A DNA stretch of 64,000 bases from Lama guanicoe (taxonomy: Eukaryota), in assembly GCA_013239625.1 (NCBI GenBank), contig MU054117.1, positions 2,602,011 to 2,666,010 of the forward strand. Direction: 5' to 3'. The notes under the pieces were generated by a model. It was not told the origin of the DNA. It ran no database searches and saw nothing but the letters and a program-made list of their open reading frames with translations. The position numbers and the translations under genes were made by a program. Shown here in pieces: positions 47,326 through 60,469 of the stretch (position 1 is the stretch's first letter; every line of letters begins with the position of its first letter).

Positions 47326-50142
47326 TGTTCACTCACCCCTTCTTTTATAGACGGCGGGGAAGCTGGCACCCGGGCTTGTCCAGTCCCCGATGAAGGCTCA
47401 TTTACATAAGAGTTCCCACTCCCACCTCTTTTGTGGTCTTGTCCTTCGTCAGATTTGTCGGGTTGTTAGGGCCAGGGAGGTGATGATGATGAATGGGAAA
47501 GGGGGAGAGGCTGTGGGGGCCCAGCGGCTGGAGGGGGGACAGCCTGAGGCTGGCGGAGAGCTGGTGAGCAAGGCCGGAGTTACTGAGTCACAGACAGCGG
47601 TCACCTTGGCGTCTGCATGGGAAACGCCAGGCCTGGTGGCGGCGCACTTGGTCCGTGCCTCGGGAGGAGGACGCGGCAGAGCCGCCAGGAACCTGGGCCG
47701 GGCCTGGGCAGGAGCGACCCCACGGCCGAGTGCCAGAGGCCAAGGCCACAGGCCTGGCGCTTGGTGCCTCTCTGTGCCTCGGGAGGTGTCTGGTTCCCCC
47801 CAGGAGGCGAGTGCGTTAAAAATAGCCGATGACGGACTGCAGCGAGAGCTGCTGCTGGTGTAATGGTCGGTTTTGAGAGTGCCCTGGCGAGGGCTGGGAG
47901 GATGGATGAGGTTAAATTTGGCCCTGTTGGCTGATTAGCATCTCTTGAGCCAGGTGCTAATCCCTTCAGGAGGTCAGATAAGCTCCCCAGTGGCTCCTGA
48001 TCATGACTTTGAGGCCAGGTTAACTCTTTCACGGGGAGCCTCAAAGTCGTTACGGCTCCACGTTGTGCAGAACAGAGCAGAAGCCGCTGTGGGGCTGGAC
48101 TTCACGGGGGTCCGTCCAGGGGAGGGCCAGTTCCTGAAGTATGAGATGGCCTCTGCTCTGTGACCGTCTCTCCAACAAGGCCATCGCTCGTCCTGGGACT
48201 GCCCTGTAGGCAGTCCTGTGGGAAAGAGATGGTTCCCTTCTCCCTAGGAAGTGGCTCAGGCCCAGGGGAACCTGACCTGCTGAACATCAGGGCGACCTGA
48301 GTGGCACCACTGAAGGCCGGGGTCTCCCTCTCCTGGTCCTGTCTGTCAGCTCAACGGTTCGAGGAGTCAGAACTCAGTTTCCAGTGACTTCTATACGTAG
48401 AAGCAGAAAGCATCCCCACTGCAGTTCTAGGCTTTGGGGGTTTCCGCTCCCACCCTGTCTGCTGGAGGCATAACACCCACCTTTTGCAGAGGGAGAGTGG
48501 GTTTGTGGCCTTGCCCCCCAGGGACTTCTGGGGGCAACAGGTGGGAAGTGGTTACTGCTCTTCCTTGAAGTGCGGGGTCTGGCCTGACTTTCTTCTCCAG
48601 CCAGGGGTCCCACTCTATCTCCTGATGCCATGGAGAGGCCGTGCTCGTGGGTTTCTTGGAACCCCCTCTTTCCAGGACCTTGAGATCTGGTCCCTGTGGA
48701 GCCTTGTGCCCCCGATGGGCCATCCTCTGCTTGGTGGCCGTGTCGCTCTGGGCTCAGCTCACTCCCCCGGTACGAAGCCTCGGCATCTGAGGACAGCAGC
48801 GGCTGCTTGTTCCATTATGAACTCAACTGGCTGATACCCGCAGAGACGCCGTGGGAATAAATTATCCCCAAATAGCTCTCCGGTTAGAAGCCAGGCCCCT
48901 CCGCTGCTCAGCCACTTTCCACCTCGGCGATGGCTTCTCCCTGACCAGTCCCCACGTGGGCTGGTCTGGAGGCCTCGAACAGAGCGCCTGTGTGGCCGGG
49001 GCCCGGAGGCGGGGAGGACTGGGCTTCATTGCCTCGGTTTCTGCATGCTTTTCAGAAAAAGACAGCTTTGCAGGAGGAGCTCTTCGCTGGTCTTGCAGGG
49101 TGAGCTGGGACAAGGAGGGCCTCCTTCCACGAATGGGATGCTTGGATGACGATGAAACTGGCCTCTCCGTTTTGCCGGCGCGAGATGGTTCCCAGCAGGT
49201 GCACTGGGAGGTGGGCCGTGGGCGGCCGTCGAGGACCTTGACTGTCAGGCCAGAGGGTGTGAGCTCCTCACACGCACGAGCAGTGGGGAGTCACGGAAGC
49301 TCTGAGCATAGAAATGGCCTGGAAAAGCAGTTTTAGAAAGAAAAATTGAGAGAGGCAGAGAGGAGAGGGGAGCCAGGATAGTATTGGCAAGAACAGGGTC
49401 TCAAGGGCCAGCTGAGAGGTTGGCACTTGCGGGTTTGGCTTGGCTCTGTCTCAGGTTGAATCTGCACCCTGGTGGTCCCTCCCATGGGCTTTGGGGGTCT
49501 AGGAAAGGAGAGCCTTGGGAAGATTCATTTTGGGTCTGAGTGCTGTGGGCCTGGGACATGTCCTTCCACCCAAGGATGTATTCTGGAGCTCGAAATCTCC
49601 CTGGTGTCCTCTCCATTGGGATGGGAAGGAGAACCTACACTTCTAGAGGAGAGAGGCTCCGTGAGCATCTCCAGGGGTCGTGTGGCCCACCTCCTTCCAG
49701 GAACAGCTAAGGGCACAGAAGCCTTCACCCCTTCCCTGGCTTGGGAGCTGTCGTTTGGCATTTGAGACTAAGACGGCAGGCGAATTGGTTCTCCTCCTCC
49801 TCTCCCTCCCGCCAAGGCTGCAAGGAGCTTGGGGTGGCCCTAGAACCAAGCAGCGTTAACAGCCCTGTGCCATGCCCGCCCCACCTTCCAGGCCCCGTAC
49901 CCAGGGTCTTGTCCCGAGCCAAGATCCAGAGTGATGGCCTGGTCGAGAGCCCTCGGGCAGCCTCATCACATCCGCCTCGCTGCCTCTTGTCCCTTAGGTG
50001 AGATCCTGAGATCAGGTGGCTGACGCATGAGAGATGGTGACAGCCAGGCAGCCCAGCACCTGGGAGGCAGGAGGATGGACTCGTTCAATTAGAAAGCGCG
50101 TGTGGGTCTGAGCCCCCAGCGTCCTTGGAAAAGAGGACTTTC

Positions 50143-50292
50143 CGTGAGCGTCACTCGGTACCAGGCACTGTGCTTATGCAACCCTGTGAGTTTGGTGGCA
50201 TTGTCTCTGTTTTGTAAACGAGACATGACAGCTTAGAGGGGTCATGTTGCTTTTCTAAGTTTGCACAGCCGGGGTGGGGAATTTAACTCCCG
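50143..50292 (-). mobile_element. MIR SINE
   Basis: ccaggcactgtgct...caaccctgtgag...ctgttttgtaaacgag...gcttagagggg. Confidence 0.6.
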
Positions 50293-50739
50293 TGAGCCCG
50301 TTGACATCATAGCCCATGCTCCTTCTTACTCTTTTTTTTGCCAAAGCTGTTCACCTCCTGCAGCGTTTTCTCTGTGCTGCAGCTCAGCACCCTCCACCAC
50401 TCAGGGCCCCCGCGAAGCCTGAGAGGCTTAGTCCCGCTATGCCCAGCGCTGCTGGAGAGGAGCGCTCTCGAGGACCCGAGTCTCCCGAGTCCCGGCCTCC
50501 TCCCTCTGTCCCTCCCTCTGCAGAGGTTTACTGAGCCTTTAGCATGCAGCTGGCACCTGAGGGACACACACGGGGCAGGTCAGGGTCTCTAGCCTCCTGG
50601 CTGCCACATTCTAGTGGGAAGACGCGCACTCACAGGCACAACAGGCTGTCACGCAGGACGGGGTCGAGGAAAGCCTTAAGGGTAAGGGGGAAGCAGCCAC
50701 GCGTCTACCTAAGGAGGAGCACCCTGACCCGGGGCACTC

Positions 50740-51210
50740 CCAGCGCAGAGCAGTGCAGGGTGTCAGGAGCTGGCGGAGGCCAGTGAGCAGGACCAGAGCA
50801 CGGACAGGGAGAGGAAGGCAGAGGCCAGGTGGGGTAGGGTCTCGCAGGCCGTGGGGAGGGATTTGGGGTTTGCTCTACACGCGAGGGGAACCTCTAGCAA
50901 TTTGAACAAGGGCCTTTCTGGCCGCTCTGTAGAGAACGGGTTACAGCCGGGCAAGAGGGGCAGCTGGGAAAACAGAAGATGATGGTGGAGGTTGGAGGGA
51001 GAGGTGGGGGTAGCCATGGAGACGGAGATGGAAATTGGAGGCAGCACCAGCAGGACTTGTGGGTGGGTGACGGGGGGCACGAGGGAGACCCTTGGGTTGC
51101 CTTGTCGGGCTTTCTGAGTGACCCTGTTGAGTGTGAGAGGTCTGTGAGGCGTCCGAGCGGAGGTAGGAGTGGGCAAGTGGGTGCAGGAGCGTGAGCCCAG
51201 CGGGGGGCCG
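50740..51210 (-). mobile_element. L2 LINE fragment
   Basis: gaggccagtgag...ggatttggggtttgctct...ctttctggccgctctgtagagaacggg...tgttgagtgtgagaggtctgtgaggcgtccgagcggaggt. Confidence 0.75.
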
Positions 51211-51614
51211 CCCCACGGCGCTCGGGGAAAGCAGTTCCTCAGGACACTGTGACAGCCTGCGAGGTGCCCAGCACTTGGATGTGGTTCCTGGCATCGTTTG
51301 TGCTTAATAACGGCCCGTGGAAAGGAAGCAAGATGTTGCTTGAATGAGTCACACAGAGGAAGAACACTGGTAATCCTTGTGGTCACGTGCCTGGGGGTGG
51401 GGCTGGGGTGCAGCTGCGCTTGAAGTGACAGCGTTTCGGTGCCACTGGAGAACTTGGATACGCTCGGTATTCATGGCAGTGCTGGGCCCTCGTGGTCCTT
51501 GAGGGCAGGCGTGGAGGTACCCTTTCTCCCAGGGACCAGCCGGGTGCTGCGCAGACAAGTTGTACCGTTTTAGTTCCCTGCTGCCGGGAGCTCGCCTTTG
51601 TGGAAACGGGGAAA

Positions 51615-52170
51615 AGACCTCTTGAGAGCCTACTATATGCGAGGCACTGTTGGAGATGCGGAGTGAGAGCTGACTTAGTTAAAACCAACGAAGAATGAGT
51701 ACGTGGGACGAAGTGCGTTAGGTGCTGTGACGGAGGGAGCACCTGCTTCTGGTGCACAGAGAGGAAGGGAGGGAGGATGGAGCTCAGGCCCATCGTGGGA
51801 GGATGGGCACTGTCCAGCGGTAGGGGCTGGAGGGGGAAGAGCTCACGGAGAGGCACGCCGGCAAAGTCTTGGGGTGTATCACAGAGGGACTGGTACCCTG
51901 GATTGCGGAGATGGTGGCACACTAATGAGGAAGAGCCTGCAGGAGGTCTCAAGTGCATGCTGGGCTGAGGAGCTCCTGCCACATCCCGCAGGAGGCAGGA
52001 GCCCTCCGGGGTCTGGAAGATGAGGCGTGACGTGCCCCAGGTGGAGTGTTCAGATTGCGGTGGTGACAGAGTCGGGGAGGAGTGACCAATAGGGGTGCTT
52101 CCGGTGTTCTGGCCAAAGGGGTGAGACCAGGAACTGGACCGCGGGAGTGGAGTGGACAGTGTGGAGGCAG
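51615..52170 (-). mobile_element. L2 LINE fragment
   Basis: ttgagagcctactatatgcgaggcactgttggagatgc followed by purine-rich L2 body. Confidence 0.6.
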
Positions 52171-52231
52171 GAGAGCTGCAGGGGTGCGGCAGGAGGATTT
52201 GGCATGGGTGGGGGGCAGGAGGTGCCCGGCA

Positions 52232-52480
52232 GTGCTGATAAACATTTATGACGTCTTGCCGTGTTCTCGTTCTAAGAGCCTGAGAAGTTTCCTCCTTTTT
52301 AATCTTCACAGCAGCCTTGCAAGTGTGACATATAATTTTGAGGAGTTAGCATTTGGGTCCCCATTTTACAGATGGGGAGTCAGAGTCACAGAGTCAACTG
52401 GCACAAGGTCCCACTGGGAAGGGGCAGAGCTGGGATTCGGAACCCAGGTCTCACTCCAGTCTGTGCTTTTAGCTGCTGGC
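52232..52480 (-). mobile_element. MIR SINE
   Basis: tttaatcttcacagcagccttgcaag...ccccattttacagatgggga...gcagagctgggattcggaacccagg. Confidence 0.8.
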
Positions 52481-53310
52481 CACCGGTCCAACTTCTGTTT
52501 CTTGGAAGGAGGAATAGATGGAGGAACATGTCTCCAAATCAGGGACGTGGGTGGAGAAGTGCATTTTCAGGAGACTGGGACAGACACCCTGATTGAGAGT
52601 GCGTATGACACTGCAGTACAGAAATACTGATGGTCAGTGCATGCAAAGGGTCCTGGGCCGCTTGCGACCTGAGAAGCCATGCGGTCACCTGCGTGGTTGG
52701 CGTGACCCCCTCCTGGTGCGCCTGGTGCCGGTGGCAGGATCCTCCCCCGAGTCCTGCGTCTCCAGCAGTCACGGTCACGTCGGGCCCCCAGGCTGAGGAC
52801 ACCTGCTCTGCAGGGCTGTTGGGCCCCTCCCCCAGCACTGGCCCCTGCCTTCCTGGGCCTTGGTGACGCGCTTTGTATAGAAGGGGCAGAATCTGCAGGG
52901 CTGCCTTGCGGATTTGCTCCTGCAGAAGAGGTCGGAGTTTTCCTGAAATGGAGCCGGACCCGAGCTCCCCTGAGCAGCTGGTGCCACAGGCCTGAAAGAT
53001 TCCATCTCCAAGTAAAATCTTTTTTTTCTCTTGGCAGGGTTGGGGGTAACTTACTCCAAAGATGCAGAGCTGCCTGGTGGATGGGAGCGACACCTCTCCC
53101 TGTTACTTTTACCGTGTCTGTTTTGTGGGTACCCTGGAGGCAGCACCCTAAGCCTCTCCACTTTCAGTGTTACTTCTTCTGTTTCTTCTGACTCCTGTGT
53201 CAGCTGGTATCTCAAAACACACTTTTGAGAGCTTCGGGGAAGTGTCGAGCCGCGAAGCGCAGGCGTCTGCGTTCTGCTGTGTCCTCATCCCTTTCCCGCA
53301 ACTGCCTGGT

Positions 53311-53340
53311 TTTTTTGTTGTTGTTGTTGTTGTTGTTTTT
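53311..53340. repeat. (TTG)n microsatellite
   Basis: ttttttgttgttgttgttgttgttgttttt. Confidence 0.9.
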
Positions 53341-53552
53341 CTGTTGAATAAGCAAAAGCAAGAGCAAATGTATTCCTTGGGATGGGAGCTCATATGAAAA
53401 TGCGTAGTAATTGTTTCTTTTTGCTGTTTCGTTCACTGAACTTTGCTCTCGTTTTCTGCCAACTCACATCTAACATACAGGCTCCTTTCCCGTTTGTCCT
53501 TATGAAGTGGTCTCTTTTACTCCTCCAGGTCTCGGTGCAGGGGGCGCTCGCC

Positions 53553-53568
53553 TGTGTGCGCGTGTGTA

Positions 53569-53606
<38 letters not shown>
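53553..53606. repeat. (TG)n microsatellite with CG dinucleotide flanks
   Basis: tgtgtgcgcgtgtgtatc(tg)15cgcgcg. Confidence 0.9.
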
Positions 53607-55691
53607 GCAGCTGCAGAAGCGGGGTGGGAGGAGAGGAGGGAGAGCCAGCCGGGGTCTGCTTCAGAGGTGGGCCTCCCCCAGCCTAGACTTGATCGAAGAA
53701 CTCACATTACTCCAGTCCTTCCTCTTTGGGGGCCTGAACTCAGAAGTAATCAATTCTGATTTATATCCAGGTTGGATTTAGTGTCACCCTGGCCCGAAGC
53801 TCCACCTTCTCCCACTCTGTTTGGGTGTATCTAACTGTCCGGTTCCTGAGGCAGGTGCTGAATTGGCGTTGGACTGGGCCCTTGACCGTGGGACCCTGAA
53901 CAAACCTCCTGTCCGAGCACCGTGTCCTTGACTGGGGGATTCAGGTCATGGGGGCGATAAGTCACACAGTCCCTCTCAGGTCCAGCATGGGCCCGCACTC
54001 TTCCTTCCTGCTCCTGCCCTGCCTCTCGGCCAGGGAGAGCATGGGGCAGCAGTGAGGTCGCAGGAGCTCGGGGCTGGAGGGGTTTGGGGTGTTGTGAGGT
54101 TCGGACTTCCACTGGAAAGGTGGGGGAACTGAGCTCAGAGGAGCGGGTCAACTTGCCCGAGGTTCTGGGAGCTGGCAGCGCGTGGCCGGTGTGCCGTGCT
54201 GTTCGGGGTCCGTCCGCCGCTCTGCCCAGGGGCTCACCTGTCCGTTAACTCCTAAGCATTAGTGGAGCCGCGCCTCCCTGGGTGTGGTGGTGGACGGACA
54301 GATGGCCCTTCTCCTGCCATATGCTCCGGCCTCTTCAAGTGTCAGGGGCAGGAGGGGCCGTGTGCCCTCGCCCGGGGCTGGGGAGATGCTCCTGTTGCTG
54401 AGCTGAAAACTTGCCCAGCCTCCACGTCCCTGCACCCCTCCCTGTTCTCACCCAGTCCATGCCTGGCAGTGATAACCGAGGACCTCTCTGCCGATGCTGA
54501 GCTCAACACCAGGGACACGCACAGAGGGGTGTGAGGGGAGGTGCCTGCCCTGGGCAGCTAATGGGCCGAAGCACCACTGGCCAAGGCCAGCACTGGGGAG
54601 TGGGAGAAGGGTCTGATGAGTGGTCAGAGGGTCCGAGCCACTGAGGAGTGTAGGTGGGGTTCAGGGCGGGGCTGGCCAGCCTGGGGTGAGGAGGTGGGCG
54701 TCAGCAGGTACACGAAGGTCTTGGGTTGGATTAAGAAGTGGGGAAGGAGAAGACTTCTAGGGTGGGCAGGCGTGCAGGTGCACTGAGGGGCTGAGGGCTC
54801 GCGCCCAGGTGTGGGAAGGCCTCGCGCGGAGGAGTGGGAAGGCTCTGGGAGAACACGTTTTATTCTGGAGCCAGATCTCTGGTGCCAGTGATTGGGCAGG
54901 CACATGTCTGATTAGATTTGGCTCTTGTGCCCCAGTGACCGCAACAGTGTTTTGGCTCAGTGTTGTTGAGGACCTGGCTCTACCTGCCACTGGCACTTGC
55001 TCACCTGCCTGGGGATAGAACAGGACCCCAGGGAGGCAGGCAACCTTCTGAGCCTCCCCGTCTGTGAGATGCCAGGTGGAAGGGGGCCCTTGGGGTCCAG
55101 GGAGAGGAGGCAGGGTGCCCCAGTCTTGCTTTGGATTCACCCGGGCCCCTTGTGGGTCACAGAGCCACTTCCAGCATCCCGCCTGCCCGCCTCAGCCTGC
55201 CTCCTCTTGAGCTGGCTTTCCACTTATCTTAATTTATTGATGAAAACTTGTTTTACGGTCCAGAGCACAGACAGCAGCAGTTCGCTGCCAAAAGAAGCAT
55301 GCCCGCAAGTCCAGGAAGCAAGCTGCCTCCCGGAGATGGGCGGCTGGGGACCGGGCGGCGGAGGGAGTAATGCTCGTCTGGTGGGCCACCTTCTGGATGC
55401 AGGAGTGGGGCTGGGGGCTGGGGGCAGCCGGGCTCCGGGCTGGGCAGGACCCCCGCCCACTGCTGGCCCCTGGCTTACAGCTACTCTGCCCGCCCTCAGT
55501 CATCTGGATGGATGAGGACCGCGGGCCGTAAATGCTAATAACAATGCCCGCTTATGGCTTTGTGAAGGCGCCGTGCGGGGAAGTTTATTTTCCTGAATCT
55601 CATTCAGTCCCAACTGCAGCTCTGTGCATGTGGGAGGAACTGTGAATCTTCCATTTGAAAAACAACCACTGGAAAGTCGTTGTCCAAGACT

Positions 55692-55707
55692 CCCCCCCCC
55701 CCCCCCC
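55692..55707. repeat. C16 homopolymer
   Basis: Seen directly. Confidence 0.9.
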
Positions 55708-56484
55708 GCGGGATCCCCACCCAGACCTCACACTGGGCCTGTGTTGTTCTACGTCCAGGCAGCTTTTCCCGCCCGGTCTCGCTGGTCCAGTTGAGCAGAG
55801 GCCCGTCTCCTGCTCCTGTGCGGCGTGGCCAGCACGGTGCCCGGCTCAGGGCAGGTTCTGGGGCAGCTGCGGGGAGACTGGGCGGAAGGTGCCTGGAAGT
55901 CACCAACCAGGCCTCCTCATGGCTCCTCTCTAAGGGGTGGACCGTCTCAGAGTCGCTTCTGGGAGCTCCTCGGAGACGCCGTGCCCTGGTGGGTCAGAGA
56001 GGGTGTTCTCGTCCCACAGGGTGGTGACAGGCCTTTGCGGGGTCGGCCGCAGCGGCTTTTCTGTAAAGTGGGGTAGCGGCCCCTCAGGGAGCCGTTGGGA
56101 CGGAGTGATGGGCTGCTCTACAAGCTCCTTTGTGGAAATAGAGGCCCCAAAAGAAGGCCCCCTGAGCTGCAAACTCGTTTATTCTGTTCCTTCCTGCTTC
56201 CTCGTGCAGAGGAATGGCCAACAATTGTCTCAGCGCTGGTAAAATCAGTGGAGTAGGTAGCCTGCCTGGGCTGGACTTCCCCCCGCCTCCTCCCGCTGGA
56301 CACGCGTGCACCCCGGGTGCACCCCCAGCCACGTGTTCACCCCGCTGCGCCTTCCAGCGGGGCCTGGGCGGTGTCCTGGGTCCCTGCCCTCTCTCCCACC
56401 TCGCTCAACTCAGACTGGGCTAGAAAGTTGTGGAGAATGTTTAGTGAAGTGAAGTTGGTTTTTTTTTTTTTAAGGTCTGTACAA

Positions 56485-56712
56485 GGCACAGAAAAAGGCT
56501 TCAGTCATAGGATCTGCATTCACATTAAACTGGATTTAAATCCTAGGTCTGCCAGCTCCACATGTGAGCTCAGACGAGATGCTTAACCTCTGATCATAGT
56601 TTTCTGATTGGCAGAGTGGGAAGAAGTAATAGGAGCTACTTTTCAGGTTTTTGTGGAAAGGGGCTGACACCAGTCTTGGCGTGGCTTAGGGGTCAGTAAA
56701 TGCTGGCTTCCC
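56485..56712 (+). mobile_element. MIR SINE
   Basis: ctggatttaaatcctaggtctgcca...gcttaacctctg...ggtcagtaaatgctggct. Confidence 0.6.
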
Positions 56713-56924
56713 CTTCAGTGTTCTTACCATCATCATCGTCACCGCACCATCGGCACCGCCGCCACCCCAGCTCTCCCCGCCCTCCTCACCCACAAGCGGG
56801 CTCCCAGGCCACAGAGCAGAGGCCGCACTTCCGACCTCCGAGGTGGCGAGCCTTCCCTCTTCCAAGCGTGGATTTGTCCATGACCCCTTTCCGATGGATT
56901 TGGGATGACCTAGGTCTAAGCAGA

Positions 56925-57140
56925 GGGGCCTGGTGGGTCAGAACATGGTTTCTGGAGCCAGATTTCCTGGGTTCCGTCGCCACTGAACCCCTTCGTGCCT
57001 TCATCCTCCCATCCCATCTCCCTCCCGTAAAACGGGGAGGATGAAAATGACCCCCTCTGTCCCCGCCGTTGGGTTGGGAGGCCTAAGTGGGGCAGAAGGG
57101 GCAAAGCACTGAGAACCATGGGCACGTGGTCGAGTCCCCA
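56925..57140 (+). mobile_element. MIR SINE
   Basis: cagaacatggtttctggagccagatttcctgggttc...cccgtaaaacggggaggatgaaaat...aaagcactgagaac. Confidence 0.65.
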
Positions 57141-60100
57141 GCAGCCCAGCCTCGGGGAGGGAAGGCAGGGAAGGCACCGGGGCGGGTGGGGGCATGACCC
57201 TCCCTGAACAAGTTCTGTGACCTTGGGTGCGCTCGCCTGCCAGACCGCAGACCGGTAGCTTTCAGTAAAGTGATCGGAACCACAGTGGACACGTGGAAGG
57301 GTGAGGGTGAGCCGGGGTCTCCCATTCTACCAGGGAGACAGACAGCAGAACTGTTGTGGGTTGGGGCGAGGAGAGATCTCAGGCTGTCCCATCAGTGGTG
57401 CAGAGACATCTCTGGCAGAGGGACCTGAACTTAACCAGCCTGTGTCCCCCACAGAGCATGTCAGAATGCCAAATCCTGGCGTGGGTGGACACGGCTCCCG
57501 GCTGACAGTATAAATAATCAGGCTGTGGGCATAGCATCCCTGGAGAGAAGACCAATCCTGTGTTGGCCATGCATGAGGCTGATTGCAAAAGTGTGTGTGG
57601 GTGGCTGTCCTGGGGCCAGAGATGGATCTGCTTGTCAGTCACGGTCCTTCCCGACACCTGTACATGTAATTAGAGGATATTATCTGCTGAACTTGAGCCG
57701 CGGAGGACCCGTCCTCATCACAGTATTAACGGGCCTCCATCCTGTTGATGGACGGAACCGAGGAAGCCCCACTGGGGTAGAGGTGCCCAGAAACGGACAG
57801 ATTTTCACTCTTTGACTTTTCCTCCCCCCGGTCAGTGATGGGGGCGCCTTTCCTCAAACAGGGAGAAGGGTCCCCACCCCTCCCATTCTGTAGGATGAGT
57901 TATCATCTCCCAGATCATTTGAGCTCTTTGCCAGAAAGATGTGAAGTGAATTCAAGGTATCCCCTGCATTTTGCAAGGAGTTTGAATAATAGCCCTGGAC
58001 CTCGTACAGTATTTATATTCCGGGGAGCACAGCGCTCGGCAGGCATAATCCTAGTCATCCTCTCCGTGTCCCTGAGCTCTGGGGAGGTGCTCTTCCTCCC
58101 TCTGTCTTTTAGCAGAGACACATCCCAGGAAGGCCAAGTAGTCAGGGCCTCTTGGTGTGTGGCCGTCCCTGGGGCTCCACATCCTGAGCTGCAGGCTGCT
58201 GACAGTTCTGCTTTCTCAAGGAAGCCCAGGTGGCCCCAGTTTCAACGTGAACCTTGAAGGTGGGTTTCTTAAACCCATCCCTGCCTCCTGCGGCAGCCCT
58301 GGCTTCTCGTATTACCCTGTGCTTTGACGCGCTCAGAAATGCCTCTCTCCCCAGATGCACGAAATAAAACAAGAGCAGGAAGGAAAAAAAATATGCTGGT
58401 GATGGGAAAATCCTTTCTCCAGACTCCTCTGACAAGCTATTCTGAGTGAGTCCTTTGGTGCTTTCCCTCCCAATTTACCGTGACCTTGGGCGTTCAGACA
58501 GGCCTCGCCATGCCGTGGTCCCAGGCTGTCTCTCCATGCTCCTTCCTGGGCCCAGAGCTCAGGCAGCCATTGCACTTGCGGTGCAGGTGATGAGGGCCAT
58601 GTGCACACCCCCCCCCAGCACAGAGAGCCCCCTTCCTGTGCTGGCACCTGCCAGGCTTTTCACTGGGCTTGGGTGGCCTGAAGCTCCAAGCTGTTTCCTG
58701 TTGTGTTGACAAGTTCTGGAGTTGGGGTCCCCCTCCCTCCACTCTCCCAGGAAAGGGCCATCCTGCCCCTCGCTTGGGAAACAGAAACCTCCAGCAGAGG
58801 CCAGGACAACGGAGGGTGTCCTCTGTCTTGATAGCTCTTCCCTCGAGCCTGCCCCCTGCCGTGTTAGCCGACTTTGTCTCCTGCATTCCGAGCGGGGGTG
58901 GAGGACCCCCCCGGGTGCTGGGTGCTCGCCAGAGATGAGCAGAGGCTCGCCATCTGGGGTTCAGTCCTCCTGGCGCGAGCTTGGGAACGCTGGGTTACAG
59001 GTGCTTCCCAAGTTTCCCTTCTCCCCTGCACCCACCCCGACCGCACTCTGGCCAGAGTGGGAAGAAAGGGCAGCTTTGCCACCCCTGGGGGCCCTCCCAG
59101 AAGGGCCGTGGTAGTGGCATGGCTCAGTGTGTACAGACTGAGTGACCACGCCCCCTGCACAGGACTGGCAGGTGCTTGTATCACCCGCTGCTCCTTGGTG
59201 TCCTAACCACACCTCACTCTGTGGTCCTTCGGGGCCTGTTCCTTGGGTTCCGTCCCTTCCAGCAGCCTCTGTCCCACTTCGGGACTCCCCCGGGGCTCTG
59301 AGCCGGTCCTTGCGTCCTTTAACATTTCCCCACCGAGTGAGCAGACCGGCAGTCAGTCTGGAAGGTGGCGGGGTCGGGGTGTGCTGGCACCTGAGAAAGT
59401 AGAAGTGGGCCCTGCTGTCAGATTGGAGGAGTCCAGAGGGGCCGGAAACCTGGGTGCAGGTGGAGGTGGGCGAGGTGAGCACGTTGCTCTGCAGGCCTTT
59501 CTCCCAGACAGAGGAAGGGTGTGGAGACCAGCGTTCTAAGGGGGCCGTGTAGGGAGAGCAGCAGGCAGGCCGCCCCCGCCCTGGTTCTAGTCCTTGCCCC
59601 TTGCTCCCTGGGCAGCAGCTGTCCGGGCGGCTGCGCCTGCTCTCAGCACCCCTGCCCTGGCCTTTGAAGCCCTGGGACAGATGCAGACTCTCCCCACCCC
59701 AGGGCTTGCCCCCTGCAGTCCCACAGATGCCTCGGTCGGAGTGAGCTCCTGGGCAGGGCAGATGCACTCCACACCAAGGCCAGGCAGGGAAGCACGAACA
59801 GATGGGCAGTGTTTCAGCAAAGCCACCTCCCCCTTTCCCCCACCGGGGTCAGAGAACACCAAGCACTTTGTGCAGTTATCTGGGGCCAGGGCCGCGGTGC
59901 CTGGGCTCTTACTACCCCGACCCACCCCTGGGGCCTTAACCCGCTGCGGGGAGGACGGGCTGACCTCAGAGGTCTCCTCCATCATGACTCTTTCGTCTCT
60001 GGCGCTTCTTAAGAGTCTTAGTCAGCAAGAGGTGTTGTGGCAAGACCCCCTCTCAACTGTGGGATGTTCCAGTGACTTGAGGCAGTGGTCCCTGTGTTCC

Positions 60101-60469
60101 TAATGACCCTAAGCAGAGTTCGCTGGAGAGAAGTGGACTCTGGGGACGTGCAACTTAAAGGCTTTGTTAACCTCAGAGACTCACAGCTCCCCAGCGCAGC
60201 ATCCCCGCAGTTTGGCCGTGTTTAAGTGCTCTCCCCTAGAACCATCTTAGCTAGGAAATAACCTCATTATGCAATAATCAAAATGTAACTGGGTTTTAGA
60301 TATGCAAATGCTTTATGTAATGTTTATTTGGAGGAAAATTTGGCTCAGAAATATGGGTGTGATCTCCCTGTCACCTGTGCAAGCTAGTGATGTTGGGGGC
60401 TGTGAAGTTGTGAAGAAATTAGAAGCTTTGAGGGAAAGTGAAGGGTCGAAAAAAGAATGGCCAAGGAAT

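Noticed and set aside
51383-52309. 308-aa minus-strand ORF
   Set aside because: It runs through decayed L2 and MIR sequence and has no intact RT motifs.
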